Origin: a virus
Virus record (IMG/VR): IMGVR_UViG_3300021963_007958
Strand: one strand, 5' to 3'
DNA: 64,000 nt
Shown here: positions 27,954 through 38,640 of the stretch, in pieces
Numbering within the stretch: the stretch's first letter is position 1
Layout of the letters: the number at the start of each line of letters is the position of its first letter
Position numbers and translations under genes: made by a program
The notes under the pieces: model-generated
What the model was told of the DNA's origin: nothing
The model's input: only the letters and a program-made list of their open reading frames with translations
Database searches by the model: none

Positions 27954-29762
27954 TTAGAGGAGGGAATTAAAAGAATTGTAGAATCCTCCATCCTTCGTTT
28001 TCATTTTGCCGTTATCCTGGCCAGTATTTTCTCCTTCTACCTTTTTCTCGATCATTCTTCTGTAAGTTGGGTCAATTTCATCATAGAGATCCTCTATTAG
28101 ATCGTTAAAATCGGTCGAATCAAATAGGGCAGCTAAGTTCACTAGGGTCATAGCAACATCGTCATGGCCAGACTGAGAAGAATATGTTCCCCTTCCATTC
28201 ATACCAAAAGAGAATAATTCGGAAATTGTCCATTTTTTCTCGTTTACCAGAGCTCTATTCTTTCTGATGATCTGCCTTAGGTTCTCACAATACTTTAGTT
28301 TATTGTTTCCGCTATATTTGATTCCGGGCTTTTTAATCCTTGCAGTTTCGCTGTGTTTAGTGTAGACAAAGACTTCTTCACTAATAGACTCATTGTTCAG
28401 AAGCTTGTCCATCAGGAGTTCCCCTTTATAATTTAATTCTAAAAGAACTTTAACTCTTTCAGATCCGAAAATATCCACGATTAAAGATTCTACAACTTTT
28501 TTAAAGTCTTCAACCTCAATGGAATTGTCTCTAAAAACACCCACCTGGAGAAGTCCAAAGAAATCTGACTCATCTTCAAAGTCATCTAGTTCTTCGATTG
28601 CTTTTTTAGGTAAGGGAACAACTTTGAAAACATTTAGAACTGTAAAGTCCCCTCCTCCCCCACCGGCTAAGTCTATCGATAGGACATATTTCTTTCCGGT
28701 TTGATCTGTTAGATTTGGATCAAATTTAGGATGCCAAATAAAATTTCTATAGTTAAGACCAAGATCGTCGAAAGCATCAACATCCTTCCAAACATACTCG
28801 GTTTCGTTGCTTTTTAGCTTCTGAAGTTCTTTCGATCCTAGAAGAAGTGTGGAAGAACTCAAGAACTGATTTCCATATTCCTGATTGAACAGTTCCTCAC
28901 TACCCAAGTTAGCAATCTCGTCTTTTTTCCAATTTTCATCCCTTCCCGGAACCTGCCACCAGTCAACTCTAATTGGGTTGAAAGTGTTTTCTCCAGTCAT
29001 TGCTCCTTGATAGATCTCCCAGAATTTATTCTGTCCATTTGGTGTTGAAGTAATGATAATTCTTGATACCTTAGAAGAAGAAACCGTTGGGTATGTTGAT
29101 CTAAAGAATGATTCGATGAAGTTTGGATGAATATGTGCAAACTCGTCCATGTATAGAAAGTGGATAGTAAAACCAATCGCAGATGTCTTAGTCGTGGTTT
29201 TAGCAATTGCTCTACATCCATTGTCAAATTTAAGAGACATGACGTTGTTTACTACAATACCGGGTTTCAAAAACCAAGGAAGACCCCTAATGATCTCCTT
29301 GATCTTACCCATTAATTCTTCTGCAGTTGCCCCGACGTTTGCCAGGATCATTGCATTTTTATCGTGATTGAAAAGGAGGTACCAAACTAGCATAACTCCA
29401 GACATGATGGATTTACCAACCTGTCTAGGGGCTAAAAACACATTGAATCTATTTGCCTGATATTCTTTTAGGACCGAGGTTTGATAATCTCTAAGTCTAA
29501 TATAGTCCAGACCATGATCCATCATTACCTGACAGTACTTAGCAAAGTAAGTTACATCTCTAGCACACTTTTGAATTTCTAAAATTTCATCCGTGGTGTA
29601 TTCCCAGAGAATATTGGCTCTCTTTAACTCAGGATCCCCATCGTGGAAAGGGTTGTCGACTTGTTTATAATCCAGACCTTCTTCTTCGACCTTCCAAAGA
29701 AGTTCTTCGACTCGCTTCGTCGACCAATAATTACTTTCGGACTCTAACTCTTCTGCTGCCAT
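27954..29762 (-). CDS. gp17: terminase large subunit (T4 gp17-like)
   Basis: LRDYQ, APRQVGKS, YMDEFAH, ITSTPNG, FNQEY, IDLAGG, HDDVAM. Confidence 0.95.
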   Translation of the reverse strand: MAAEELESESNYWSTKRVEELLWKVEEEGLDYKQVDNPFHDGDPELKRANILWEYTTDEILEIQKCARDVTYFAKYCQVMMDHGLDYIRLRDYQTSVLKEYQANRFNVFLAPRQVGKSIMSGVMLVWYLLFNHDKNAMILANVGATAEELMGKIKEIIRGLPWFLKPGIVVNNVMSLKFDNGCRAIAKTTTKTSAIGFTIHFLYMDEFAHIHPNFIESFFRSTYPTVSSSKVSRIIITSTPNGQNKFWEIYQGAMTGENTFNPIRVDWWQVPGRDENWKKDEIANLGSEELFNQEYGNQFLSSSTLLLGSKELQKLKSNETEYVWKDVDAFDDLGLNYRNFIWHPKFDPNLTDQTGKKYVLSIDLAGGGGGDFTVLNVFKVVPLPKKAIEELDDFEDESDFFGLLQVGVFRDNSIEVEDFKKVVESLIVDIFGSERVKVLLELNYKGELLMDKLLNNESISEEVFVYTKHSETARIKKPGIKYSGNNKLKYCENLRQIIRKNRALVNEKKWTISELFSFGMNGRGTYSSQSGHDDVAMTLVNLAALFDSTDFNDLIEDLYDEIDPTYRRMIEKKVEGENTGQDNGKMKTKDGGFYNSFNSLL

Positions 29763-29773
29763 AAGAAATGGGA

Positions 29774-30556
29774 TTAATTAAAAAGATCATCATCAACCTC
29801 GAGAGTGTTCTCGTCGTTGATCTCGATGTCATTTCTGGTGATTGCTAGCTCCTCTTTCCTCCTAGCATTTACTATAGAGTTCTCGTTGCTCTCGTCTATC
29901 TGAATGTCTTCTATCTCAGTTCCAAGAATATCCCTAAGTCCTTCCATCAGTCCCTTTGTTCCTCTAACCTTTAGTCCTTCGCTCTGTCCTAGACTAGGGG
30001 TGGACCCTAATGTTGATGTTTTATTTGCAGGATCATATTCCATTTGAACCCCTCCTGCATATGCTTTTCTTTCCCCCTCTCCTCTTAGTCTAACATAACT
30101 TTCTTCCATCTTGGTGAGATAGTTCTGATAGTCTTTAGGCATCTGCATAATTTGAGATTGGAGCTGAGCAAGAACCTCGAACATTCTTGGGTTTGCATTC
30201 CCGAGATCTATCTCTTCGAGAAGCTTTGTAATAGCGTGCTGGGCCGTCTTTAGCTGGAGCATCATAGAAGAGACATTCATCGCATCTATTTTCTGCTTAT
30301 ACGCGATGTAATCGGACTTCTCAATGTAGTTTTCTTTCAAATAGAAGTCCACGATAGACTCCATCAGTTTTCTAGCATCGTTTCCGACATCGGATTTTGC
30401 AGTTGCAAAGTCCATCATGTCAGTGGTTTTTAATCTGGGAAGATCGGAAGGCTGAAGGGTATCCGAATCTAAACCTTCGTCCATCAGAATTTGATCCAAG
30501 GTGGACTTGATGTTCTCCTGGACAATCTTCTCTGGTTTTGGTTTTCTTCTTGGCAT
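29774..30556 (-). CDS. putative terminase small subunit
   Basis: position upstream of TerL; helical core with PRMFEVLAQL resembling gp16 PRxxEV. Confidence 0.6.
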   Translation of the reverse strand: MPRRKPKPEKIVQENIKSTLDQILMDEGLDSDTLQPSDLPRLKTTDMMDFATAKSDVGNDARKLMESIVDFYLKENYIEKSDYIAYKQKIDAMNVSSMMLQLKTAQHAITKLLEEIDLGNANPRMFEVLAQLQSQIMQMPKDYQNYLTKMEESYVRLRGEGERKAYAGGVQMEYDPANKTSTLGSTPSLGQSEGLKVRGTKGLMEGLRDILGTEIEDIQIDESNENSIVNARRKEELAITRNDIEINDENTLEVDDDLFN

Positions 30557-30574
30557 ATAATTGTTGTTTAGAAG

Positions 30575-33151
30575 TTACTTTCTGTTAGCAAATTTAGGCA
30601 GTTTAAGAAGAGGCTGAGCGTTGTCGATGATGTGAGCAAGCTGAGCATCTCTAACAATATTCTGATTTAGAATGATAGACTGCTTATCTATATCTATCAT
30701 CTTCTTGAATAATCTAATATTAGTGATGTATAGAGGGGATGTTATAACCTTATATGAGTTATTGTCTGTTCCATAATAAGGACTGTTTAAGTCCGTGTTT
30801 AGATCGGGCTCGGCTGCAAATTCATAGGTTGTAGAAAGGGATCTAACATACTCGTGGACATTTCTAAGATCACTAGATTGTTCCTGAGGATTTGTTGGAT
30901 CATAGGACATCTCCCACATATTAATAGCAACCTGTTTATACTTGTTTGAGATGTTAACAGTAATTGCATACCAGTCACCAAAGACCGGGGTAAACTGGAA
31001 TGGGGAATTTAGAACTAGATCATTCAAGACAACTTCAACAGATCCAACCTGAAGATAGCTTGTGTTTGCAGGTTCATTTAGACCGGAATGGATCATATCA
31101 ATTCTCAGTCCTTTCGTTACACCATTGGAATCTAAATAAAGCCCATTTAATAAGTTTCTAGCCTGGGCCTTCTGCATCCTCCATGCAGATCTATTCTCTT
31201 GTATTGGAAGATTTGGATTTTCTACCGAGAACTGATATTCATTAATAACAGACTTAACTCTAAATCCTCCGGTGTGATTAGCATCTGCTAGAATAGCAAC
31301 ATAGCCTTCAGGATTTTCGGAATAAGATCTCCAAACTTGAAGACCGTGTCTATATGGATGTGTAGTGTAGACTATTCTTTGTTCATCATAAGAAACAACA
31401 GTTATTGGTAAAGAAGGATAAGCCTTTTTGGATAACTTTGATTGGTCATAGTAGTTTCTAATATTAAACCAAGCCGTGTATGAAAGTTCTCCGACCGAGG
31501 TTAAGATTGGAAGTGTCTTATATCTTACTGCTTGTCTATATTCCGAAGGATCGTAAATGAATTCTGCATCATATCTAAAAGAGTCTGACATATCATAATA
31601 TTGATTAGATACTATTGTCCAGTTGTTATTCAGGTCGTAACTAACTATTGGAAGATCCTTATACAAATAAGATCTAACTGGATCCGGAGATCTATCTTGA
31701 GTGCTAGTTACATACTGTTGAGGTTTGGTTAATTTTTCCTCTTCGGCATTGGTTTCTTCCCCAAAGAGCTTCTGGGTATTCAGAGATATCCCATCTAACT
31801 CTTCTTTGTAAGCAGGATCTGCATAGTAAGTGTTCGACTTTGGCTGGTATTTCTTTAATTCGATTTTGAAGTAGACTGGGGAATACATGAAGTCTCTGAA
31901 CAAATACATCGAGTTAATCTCGTATATTCTGTTGGTCAGAGGAAAATAAATAATGTCTCTCTTTCTAGGCTGGGATCCTCTTCCAAAGAAAGACTCAAAG
32001 TAAATCTTATCGATGTGGATCTCGAATGGCTCTTCAAATTGAAGACCAAAAGGATCGAAGTTTATCTTATTATCTGGAAACTGGTTCTGTGGAACCATCA
32101 CCTTTATACACTTCTCATCGACAACATCGTAGAGGGTAAATTCTTTTAGTATAACATCTTTGGATCTGGACTGTGCCTGAACCGAATAGTAATTTACTTC
32201 CCAACCGAACAACTTGTTAACAGAAAGACTTAGATCTTGATATAAATTCAGGGCAGAATTTACTGCATATGGATTAAAAGTTATCTGTGTGCAATCGTTA
32301 TTAAACACCACTGGTCTATTACTTCTCTCCTCAGAGCAAGTTGGTACCGGAGGTTTAATGATTGAATTGGTCGGATCTACAGTGGGATTGCTCGGACCTT
32401 CTGTTCCAGAATAGGTAACGTCAAGGTCAAAGTCAATAATGATAATCGAGGGAGAAATTGGGGAATCTCCGCTATACCCTAGTGTCCCATCATTGTTAAC
32501 GTAGGTCGAGGTAAATCTAAACTCCGGGTAAAATGGAAGAGAAGGATCTAGCTCTATAATAAAAATTTCGGATTTTTCGTTGGATGTATAACTTGCAGAG
32601 ATTCCGGTAAGAGCTGTTCCAACATTAGTCCACAGAGACCAACTTTCCCCATCAACACTATATCTAAAATCGATAGAAATGTCTTGTGAGTCCAAATCTA
32701 CCTGATCAGTAGAAGTGTTAATAGAATCTATAATCCATCCATTCAGACTGGAGACATTTTTATATGGCTTATCCCAGCTAAGAACTCTATAGCTTCCGAT
32801 GTAAGTAAAATTGAGGGCAGAATCAATTTGCTCCTTTCTTCTTGCAAGCCATTCTTCGCCAGTTAGATCGATAAATCCATCTCCGCAAGGTGCATAGAAG
32901 TATGCAGTTCCACCTGCTGGATAAGGAACCCCCTGAATATGATATCCATTGCATCCGATCTGAACTGCTCTTGCCAGAGCTGCTTCTGGGGTAGAATAAA
33001 GATTGTCTGTGCTAGTTCCAGGAGGTTTATTGGTATTATCCCTCCCATCCTGATAAGCGTATCTAGGGTCGGAGATGTCGTACTGCTCCCCATTGCCGTT
33101 ATAGACCGGCTGTCCTTCTTTAGGAAATCTGTTATCAGGATAGAATGTCAT
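30575..33151 (-). CDS. gp14: neck protein (gp14-like) with N- and C-terminal extra domains
   Basis: LFGWEVNY, FGLQFEEPFEIHI, PRKRDIIYFPLTNRIYEI; N-terminal YSTPEAA..A...GC.G.H...Y.PC; LamG-like C-terminus. Confidence 0.7.
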   Translation of the reverse strand: MTFYPDNRFPKEGQPVYNGNGEQYDISDPRYAYQDGRDNTNKPPGTSTDNLYSTPEAALARAVQIGCNGYHIQGVPYPAGGTAYFYAPCGDGFIDLTGEEWLARRKEQIDSALNFTYIGSYRVLSWDKPYKNVSSLNGWIIDSINTSTDQVDLDSQDISIDFRYSVDGESWSLWTNVGTALTGISASYTSNEKSEIFIIELDPSLPFYPEFRFTSTYVNNDGTLGYSGDSPISPSIIIIDFDLDVTYSGTEGPSNPTVDPTNSIIKPPVPTCSEERSNRPVVFNNDCTQITFNPYAVNSALNLYQDLSLSVNKLFGWEVNYYSVQAQSRSKDVILKEFTLYDVVDEKCIKVMVPQNQFPDNKINFDPFGLQFEEPFEIHIDKIYFESFFGRGSQPRKRDIIYFPLTNRIYEINSMYLFRDFMYSPVYFKIELKKYQPKSNTYYADPAYKEELDGISLNTQKLFGEETNAEEEKLTKPQQYVTSTQDRSPDPVRSYLYKDLPIVSYDLNNNWTIVSNQYYDMSDSFRYDAEFIYDPSEYRQAVRYKTLPILTSVGELSYTAWFNIRNYYDQSKLSKKAYPSLPITVVSYDEQRIVYTTHPYRHGLQVWRSYSENPEGYVAILADANHTGGFRVKSVINEYQFSVENPNLPIQENRSAWRMQKAQARNLLNGLYLDSNGVTKGLRIDMIHSGLNEPANTSYLQVGSVEVVLNDLVLNSPFQFTPVFGDWYAITVNISNKYKQVAINMWEMSYDPTNPQEQSSDLRNVHEYVRSLSTTYEFAAEPDLNTDLNSPYYGTDNNSYKVITSPLYITNIRLFKKMIDIDKQSIILNQNIVRDAQLAHIIDNAQPLLKLPKFANRK

Positions 33152-33192
33152 TTTACTGAATATATTCCTTCTATATATCCAGTCAAAAAAGA

Positions 33193-33582
33193 CTACACCA
33201 CAGAGGTGTGGTTCCTTCCATCGTTCCAGTAACTCTCATCTCCGTACCAAATGAAGATTTCCTCCCCGGCAATAATGTCTCTATTTGCGATAAATTTGAA
33301 AGTTCTTCTGTCAAGATCAGAAACCCAATATGCATTTGCAGGGTCTGAATGATTATATAAAGAACCATATCCCCAAGAAATAACCTGCTCCTCCCACTCT
33401 GTTCCCTGTGGCCAATTAAATCTATAGTCGATTAAAAGAGAGGAAGATTCACCCTTCTGAATCGGGAGGGGAAGCACAGGACACTCCTCAAAGACTTCCC
33501 CTTCTTTTATGTTCTCTTTAGCAAAAACCCCCCAGCCATGGATTGGACTTCTATCAATAAATATTTTAAAGTTGTGGATCAT
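33193..33582 (-). CDS. SET-domain protein-lysine methyltransferase
   Basis: SPIHGWGVFA, YNHS..AN, RDI.AGEEI...YG. Confidence 0.92.
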   Translation of the reverse strand: MIHNFKIFIDRSPIHGWGVFAKENIKEGEVFEECPVLPLPIQKGESSSLLIDYRFNWPQGTEWEEQVISWGYGSLYNHSDPANAYWVSDLDRRTFKFIANRDIIAGEEIFIWYGDESYWNDGRNHTSVV

Positions 33583-34379
33583 AGATTAAAATAGTCTTTT
33601 AGTCCTTCTTCCAAAGACCATCGGGAAGTCCAACCGGACATCCATTTCTTTGGATTGCTACAGGTATAAAATTGGTATCCCTGAGGGATTACGGACTGGT
33701 CTAGATATCCATACGGAATCCCCATAATCTCCATTACGTCTTCAAAGGGTCTTGCCACCCCAGACCCAACTTCATAATATCTTCCCTCTAGAAGACTATA
33801 GTTCTCCATGGCATGAATATTGGAAGAGACTATATCTTTCACATAAACGAAGTCTCTTCTAGGGTTCTTCGGAAATAAATTTATATTCTTTCCTTCAGAG
33901 TGTAATACGGACATCTGATAAGCAACCGATGCCATCTTGCCTTTATTTTCTTCACCCGGGCCATAAACATTAAAATATCTAAGTGCAATTCCTCCATTGG
34001 AGATCACATAGTCTTCTGCTGCATATTTACTCCATCCATATAAATTAGAGGGATATTCATCATTTATTCCGTAATTAGCAGCTGACGAAGAGTATACCAG
34101 GGGGACTTTCTCAGAAGAACAGAGATTTGAGAGGTGCTTGGTGAACTCGTAGTTGACCAACATCATGTAGTTAACGTCGGTTTCTAGAGTATTGGAACAC
34201 GCACCGACGTGGAAGACTGCGGAAATATCTAGCCAAAAGTGCTTAGAGACTTCGTCCCTCCAATTAACAGTTTGGAAAATATCCTCGTTAATTTCTATGA
34301 TATCATACTTGGAATCTAGCTCTCTTTTAAGATTAGACCCAATGAATCCTTTAGTTCCGGTTATTATTATTTTTTTCAT
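33579..34379 (-). CDS. hldD: ADP-L-glycero-D-manno-heptose 6-epimerase-like NAD-dependent epimerase
   Basis: ITGTKGFIGSNL, FHVGACS.T, YSSSAA.YG, YGWSK, LRYFNVYGP.E..KG.MASV, RDFVYV, YQFYT. Confidence 0.8.
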   Translation of the reverse strand: MKKIIITGTKGFIGSNLKRELDSKYDIIEINEDIFQTVNWRDEVSKHFWLDISAVFHVGACSNTLETDVNYMMLVNYEFTKHLSNLCSSEKVPLVYSSSAANYGINDEYPSNLYGWSKYAAEDYVISNGGIALRYFNVYGPGEENKGKMASVAYQMSVLHSEGKNINLFPKNPRRDFVYVKDIVSSNIHAMENYSLLEGRYYEVGSGVARPFEDVMEIMGIPYGYLDQSVIPQGYQFYTCSNPKKWMSGWTSRWSLEEGLKDYFNL

Positions 34380-34390
34380 TTCATTTCATT

Positions 34391-35221
34391 TTATTTATGT
34401 GCAATACAGATTCCATTTTCTCTAAAACTAATAAACCCTTTAGAGATTACAAAATTATTTATTTCTTCTCTTTTCTCCGTTGACAAATTATTATATTCAA
34501 AGACAATTAAATCCAAATGAGAATATTGATCATCAGAGAGACTATACAGAAGTTTATCGTCTATACCTTCAACGTCTAGATGGACCCACTTTGTATCCTG
34601 CGTGATTAGATCAGAGAATTTAATAGAGCTTCTTAGTGTGGAGGTTATCTCTTCAGTTTCCCACGACTCAATTACTGTTTTTTCTACGGAATTGGTATAA
34701 CCCTTTCCTCCTTCATAGAAAATAGTGTCTTCTCCATTATCCGTTACCAATTCATTAACAAAAGTTAAATTATCATAACTGGCATAGTTTTGGGAAAGCT
34801 CAGTAAATTGTTTTTCGCTAGCTTCTACTAGAGTAATATGGGCTAATTTATCTAGAGCTACAGGAACCCATTCACCAAATTCACCGCTATGTGTTCCTAC
34901 AACAACACCCTTTGAATTTGGGTTTATCTTACAATAATTCCACAGTTTTTGATACGGAAAGGTTCCGTTAGTAACAACATTCCATCGGTGGGTAAAAAGG
35001 TGGATCCCACAATTGTCTTTAACAATCACATCAATCATCTCAGTATCGGGAAATGTTGCCCAGCTATTGGAATTTAATCTCGTATCCCATATTTTCTTTC
35101 CATTAACTTGCCTCACAAAATCAAAGTGTAGGGGTAGTTGTTCACTGCTAAAAATCCCATTTAGATTATGGGTTTCTATTCTGATGCTGTCCGTACTATA
35201 ATTTATCTTAAACATTTTCAA
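34391..35221 (-). CDS. FkbM-like SAM methyltransferase with N-terminal beta domain
   Basis: VVGTHSG, LVEAS, LDVEG.D, FEY. Confidence 0.65.
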   Translation of the reverse strand: MKMFKINYSTDSIRIETHNLNGIFSSEQLPLHFDFVRQVNGKKIWDTRLNSNSWATFPDTEMIDVIVKDNCGIHLFTHRWNVVTNGTFPYQKLWNYCKINPNSKGVVVGTHSGEFGEWVPVALDKLAHITLVEASEKQFTELSQNYASYDNLTFVNELVTDNGEDTIFYEGGKGYTNSVEKTVIESWETEEITSTLRSSIKFSDLITQDTKWVHLDVEGIDDKLLYSLSDDQYSHLDLIVFEYNNLSTEKREEINNFVISKGFISFRENGICIAHK

Positions 35222-36179
35222 AGTAACTTATATTTCTAATAATTTCTTCGTGTTCACTAGAATAATCAATACCGTCTATTATTAATCGTTGAACACTTAG
35301 AGAGTCTTTTTCTATCTCTATAAATTTATTAGAGTTCAATAAAAAATTATAGCTTAACCCGTCACAAAAAACATCAACCCCTTTAGATACTTTTATGTCA
35401 TAGAAAAATAACCGTAACTTAGAGTCTAAGATTTCCATTACTGGAGGACTACCCTTCCAAGTTTCACAGGGTTCATTTTTATTGATAAACAATTTATAAT
35501 CGGGGCACTTAGAATAATCGAAAAAATCGAAATCTTCCCAATAATATATTTTGTCTTTAATGGGGTGAGGAGATATTTTGAGAGGTATTTCTTTGGCCCA
35601 TTTTAAGGCTTGTCCTTCAGCAACCCCATTACTATCCAAGTATGTTTTTCTGTCGATCATAGGTAAAATATCCTCCATCCTTTTTCTATCAAAAATCATA
35701 AGATGTAAAGTGGCTTCCCATAATTCATTAGGGTCGTTAGGATTAATTCTTGGGTGTATCAAATTACATTCATTAGAAAGAATTTCTCTTTCAATCTCAG
35801 AGTCAATTTCTAAATCATAAATTACGTGATAAAATAAATCATAGTCATAGTTTAAAGCTATTTGACTTAATCTCTTAACTTGGTTTAAGGCTGCCCATCC
35901 GTAATCTGCAATGTTTCTATGCATTTTTATAAATCCTTCCTCGTAAGAAATTGTCTTCCAAAAAGTGAAAGCTCTCTCTGGCCAAATTAGTAGAGGATTT
36001 TCTTTAGTGAAATAAAAATAGTCACACAATCTGATAACTTCCTGAGGGATTTCTATAAAATTAGGGCCGAGGCACATAACATCAAGTCCTAATTGTTTTA
36101 ACCGAATAATGTTTTCCCTTAAAATTTTTTGTTTTTCTGCTGTGTTACAAAAAGTGCTAATTAGGGCTAATTTTTTCAT
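35208..36179 (-). CDS. putative GT-A-like glycosyltransferase (paralog family)
   Basis: shares LIS.., ..ENP, YHVIYD with 37666 and 39188 ORFs; island context. Confidence 0.45.
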   Translation of the reverse strand: MKKLALISTFCNTAEKQKILRENIIRLKQLGLDVMCLGPNFIEIPQEVIRLCDYFYFTKENPLLIWPERAFTFWKTISYEEGFIKMHRNIADYGWAALNQVKRLSQIALNYDYDLFYHVIYDLEIDSEIEREILSNECNLIHPRINPNDPNELWEATLHLMIFDRKRMEDILPMIDRKTYLDSNGVAEGQALKWAKEIPLKISPHPIKDKIYYWEDFDFFDYSKCPDYKLFINKNEPCETWKGSPPVMEILDSKLRLFFYDIKVSKGVDVFCDGLSYNFLLNSNKFIEIEKDSLSVQRLIIDGIDYSSEHEEIIRNISYFENV

Positions 36180-37669
36180 AACATAAATTTAAATCTATAA
36201 TCTTTTTTAACTCCTAAGATTTCTTCAACACTTTTTTTAGTTACAATAATACAATTCTTGTAATGTGTGATCGATTCAATATTTTGGCGATTTTTAACAC
36301 TACTAAAATCGGAGTTTATTTTGTGTGGAACCGAAGAAAAATAATCAATAATATTGTAATTACCAATCTCATATCCATATATTGTTTCTTTGGGATTCCA
36401 GTAGTTACATTCAATGTCTTCAATAATATAAACCCCGCCTTCTTTTAGCATATTTTCAAATAGATAATTGAATGATTCTATTTGGTGTTGTGGCTGGTGA
36501 CTTCCATCATCAATAATAACATCGCACTGACCTATCAAATTAATCATTCTTTCCAAATCTTCAATCTTACTTTGGTCACCTTTATACATAATACCTCTTT
36601 CTTGATTTCTTTCTTCGGAGATATCCATAGCGTAAATCATACCATTTTTAAAATATTCAATCCACATTCTAAAAGAGGCCGCTTCACTACCAGAACCAAT
36701 CTCAAATAATTTTATTTTTTTATTCCTTAGTGGTTCTAAAAACTTTTCATAAATTCTATCATATCTATGTTCCAACACTTTATCTGTATTGTATTTTAAG
36801 CCAAGGCCATACATATCACTATTGTCTTGATTTCCAAGAATAATATTTACAACCTCATCAATAGCTTCTTTATAATCACTATATGGTCTAACACAGTTAA
36901 CATCAATATAAAACCCTTGTTTTAATTTTTCTATATCATATACTCCATATTTTTTTTGGTTCTCTATTTCACCATCCCATTTTAATTCCACAGGAAAGTT
37001 ATGCCTTTCTATTCTTCTTGGCGTTAAAAATTCTGTATAATGACCTCGTTTTAATTTAATAATCTCTACATCGTGTTGATTATTATTTACACAATCCGAA
37101 AAATAAAACTCGTCAATCAACCACATAATTTTATAGCCGTCTTTATGATTTGAGTGTCTATTCATAAATTCATCAAAAGAACAATCAGAATTTAATATTT
37201 TTGTGAAAGTTTTACCTTTGGCCACATTATACACATACCCGTACATCTCTTGTTTAAAAGGTAGTGGTTCTTTTACGAATAATTCGTTTGATTCGGGCCT
37301 GCTAAAATCATAAGCGTCACTCGACATTATAACGAAAGAGTCGTCCGGGTAGTGTTTTAATTGCTCAATAAAATAGTTTTTATTTATCATCAACATATCT
37401 AAATCCCCACATACACAAACATCCTCAGGAAAATATTTGGTACCGAACATTCTGACTGTGCAAGCTTGAATTGCAGTATGAATTCCTTGGACAGATTTGA
37501 TATTTTTTACTAATCCGTTTCCATCGTTATAGAACTCACTATCTTCATCAGAAATTTTAAAAAGAACCGGTTCCCAACCAAATAATTCTCGACACAATTT
37601 AGCTTGAATTGGCCAAAACTCTAAAAAGTAGGAGTTATCACTTGCGAATATTATTTTTTTTATCTTCAT
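36176..37669 (-). CDS. glycosyltransferase-like domain fused to class I SAM O-methyltransferase
   Basis: N-term GDLDML; C-term TDK..HRY..IYE, FEIG.G, GDQS, IIDDGSH, GGVYIIED. Confidence 0.75.
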   Translation of the reverse strand: MKIKKIIFASDNSYFLEFWPIQAKLCRELFGWEPVLFKISDEDSEFYNDGNGLVKNIKSVQGIHTAIQACTVRMFGTKYFPEDVCVCGDLDMLMINKNYFIEQLKHYPDDSFVIMSSDAYDFSRPESNELFVKEPLPFKQEMYGYVYNVAKGKTFTKILNSDCSFDEFMNRHSNHKDGYKIMWLIDEFYFSDCVNNNQHDVEIIKLKRGHYTEFLTPRRIERHNFPVELKWDGEIENQKKYGVYDIEKLKQGFYIDVNCVRPYSDYKEAIDEVVNIILGNQDNSDMYGLGLKYNTDKVLEHRYDRIYEKFLEPLRNKKIKLFEIGSGSEAASFRMWIEYFKNGMIYAMDISEERNQERGIMYKGDQSKIEDLERMINLIGQCDVIIDDGSHQPQHQIESFNYLFENMLKEGGVYIIEDIECNYWNPKETIYGYEIGNYNIIDYFSSVPHKINSDFSSVKNRQNIESITHYKNCIIVTKKSVEEILGVKKDYRFKFML

Positions 37670-38640
37670 TTGAAACTAAATTTTTTGAATTTTTCTTTAT
37701 CCTCTTTAAAGGAGAATTCACTTTTTATTTTATTATTTAAAATAACAGTTAAAGACTCAGCATTTTTGTAATCATCGATTGTAATTATTTTCCAATTATT
37801 TTTTGGGATGTCTCCAATATTGATTAATTGGTTATCATTATAAATTAATCTAACATTAATGACATCATTTGTGTGTTCCATATTCCACACAACAAATTCT
37901 AATTTATCTAAATCTCTGTTGTAAAAAGGTAAACACCAAGCTGTGTTGGTAGAGGCCAATTTGCCATGAGTTAAACCAAAATCATTATCTTGTAATAAAT
38001 CGGACTTAGATTTTACATAATAATTTTCAGAAAGTTTTAAAAGTTGTTGAAGCATGACCTCGGGAGTTTTATTAGTAGAATAGAGTATTTGACTCTTTAA
38101 ATAAGACTCATTTAATGTTAATAAATCTTTTGGGAGACTATCCAATTTATATGCTTGATAACTTCCAAATAAAACATCATTTAACACATCTTTATCGTTA
38201 ACATAAAAAATACTATCGTATGTGTCCAACAATTTAGAATTTTCAATTAGTTCCGAAAAATTATTAATAGATGAATCAAATTCAATATGATGGATTTTAT
38301 TATACCCCAATCCTTTGGCAAAAGAATTACCTAATATAATCATCCTCCAAATAGCCAACTGTTTGTTATACTCACCAGTAAATATGGATTGTATAGTGCC
38401 ACTATTGCCAGGATAAAAATATTGAAAGTCTCTAAATTCCCAGTCATAAATAAGTTCATTTTTATAATCGTATATACTATAATGACATTTTTCCTGAATA
38501 TCTTGGGGGATAGTAGTATGTGATACAATTAGTATATCAAAATATTCTTTTTGTAAATTAATTTGAATGACAAGATTTCTTAAAGTTTCTTGTTTATCTA
38601 AAGTATCGGAATAATTAGATATTAGAATTAAATCTTTCAT
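37666..38640 (-). CDS. putative GT-A-like glycosyltransferase (paralog of 39188..40183)
   Basis: ATG at 38640 overlaps the upstream gene end; IVSHT.IP.DIQ, LAIWRM, HHIEFD, LFGSYQ. Confidence 0.5.
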   Translation of the reverse strand: MKDLILISNYSDTLDKQETLRNLVIQINLQKEYFDILIVSHTTIPQDIQEKCHYSIYDYKNELIYDWEFRDFQYFYPGNSGTIQSIFTGEYNKQLAIWRMIILGNSFAKGLGYNKIHHIEFDSSINNFSELIENSKLLDTYDSIFYVNDKDVLNDVLFGSYQAYKLDSLPKDLLTLNESYLKSQILYSTNKTPEVMLQQLLKLSENYYVKSKSDLLQDNDFGLTHGKLASTNTAWCLPFYNRDLDKLEFVVWNMEHTNDVINVRLIYNDNQLINIGDIPKNNWKIITIDDYKNAESLTVILNNKIKSEFSFKEDKEKFKKFSFK

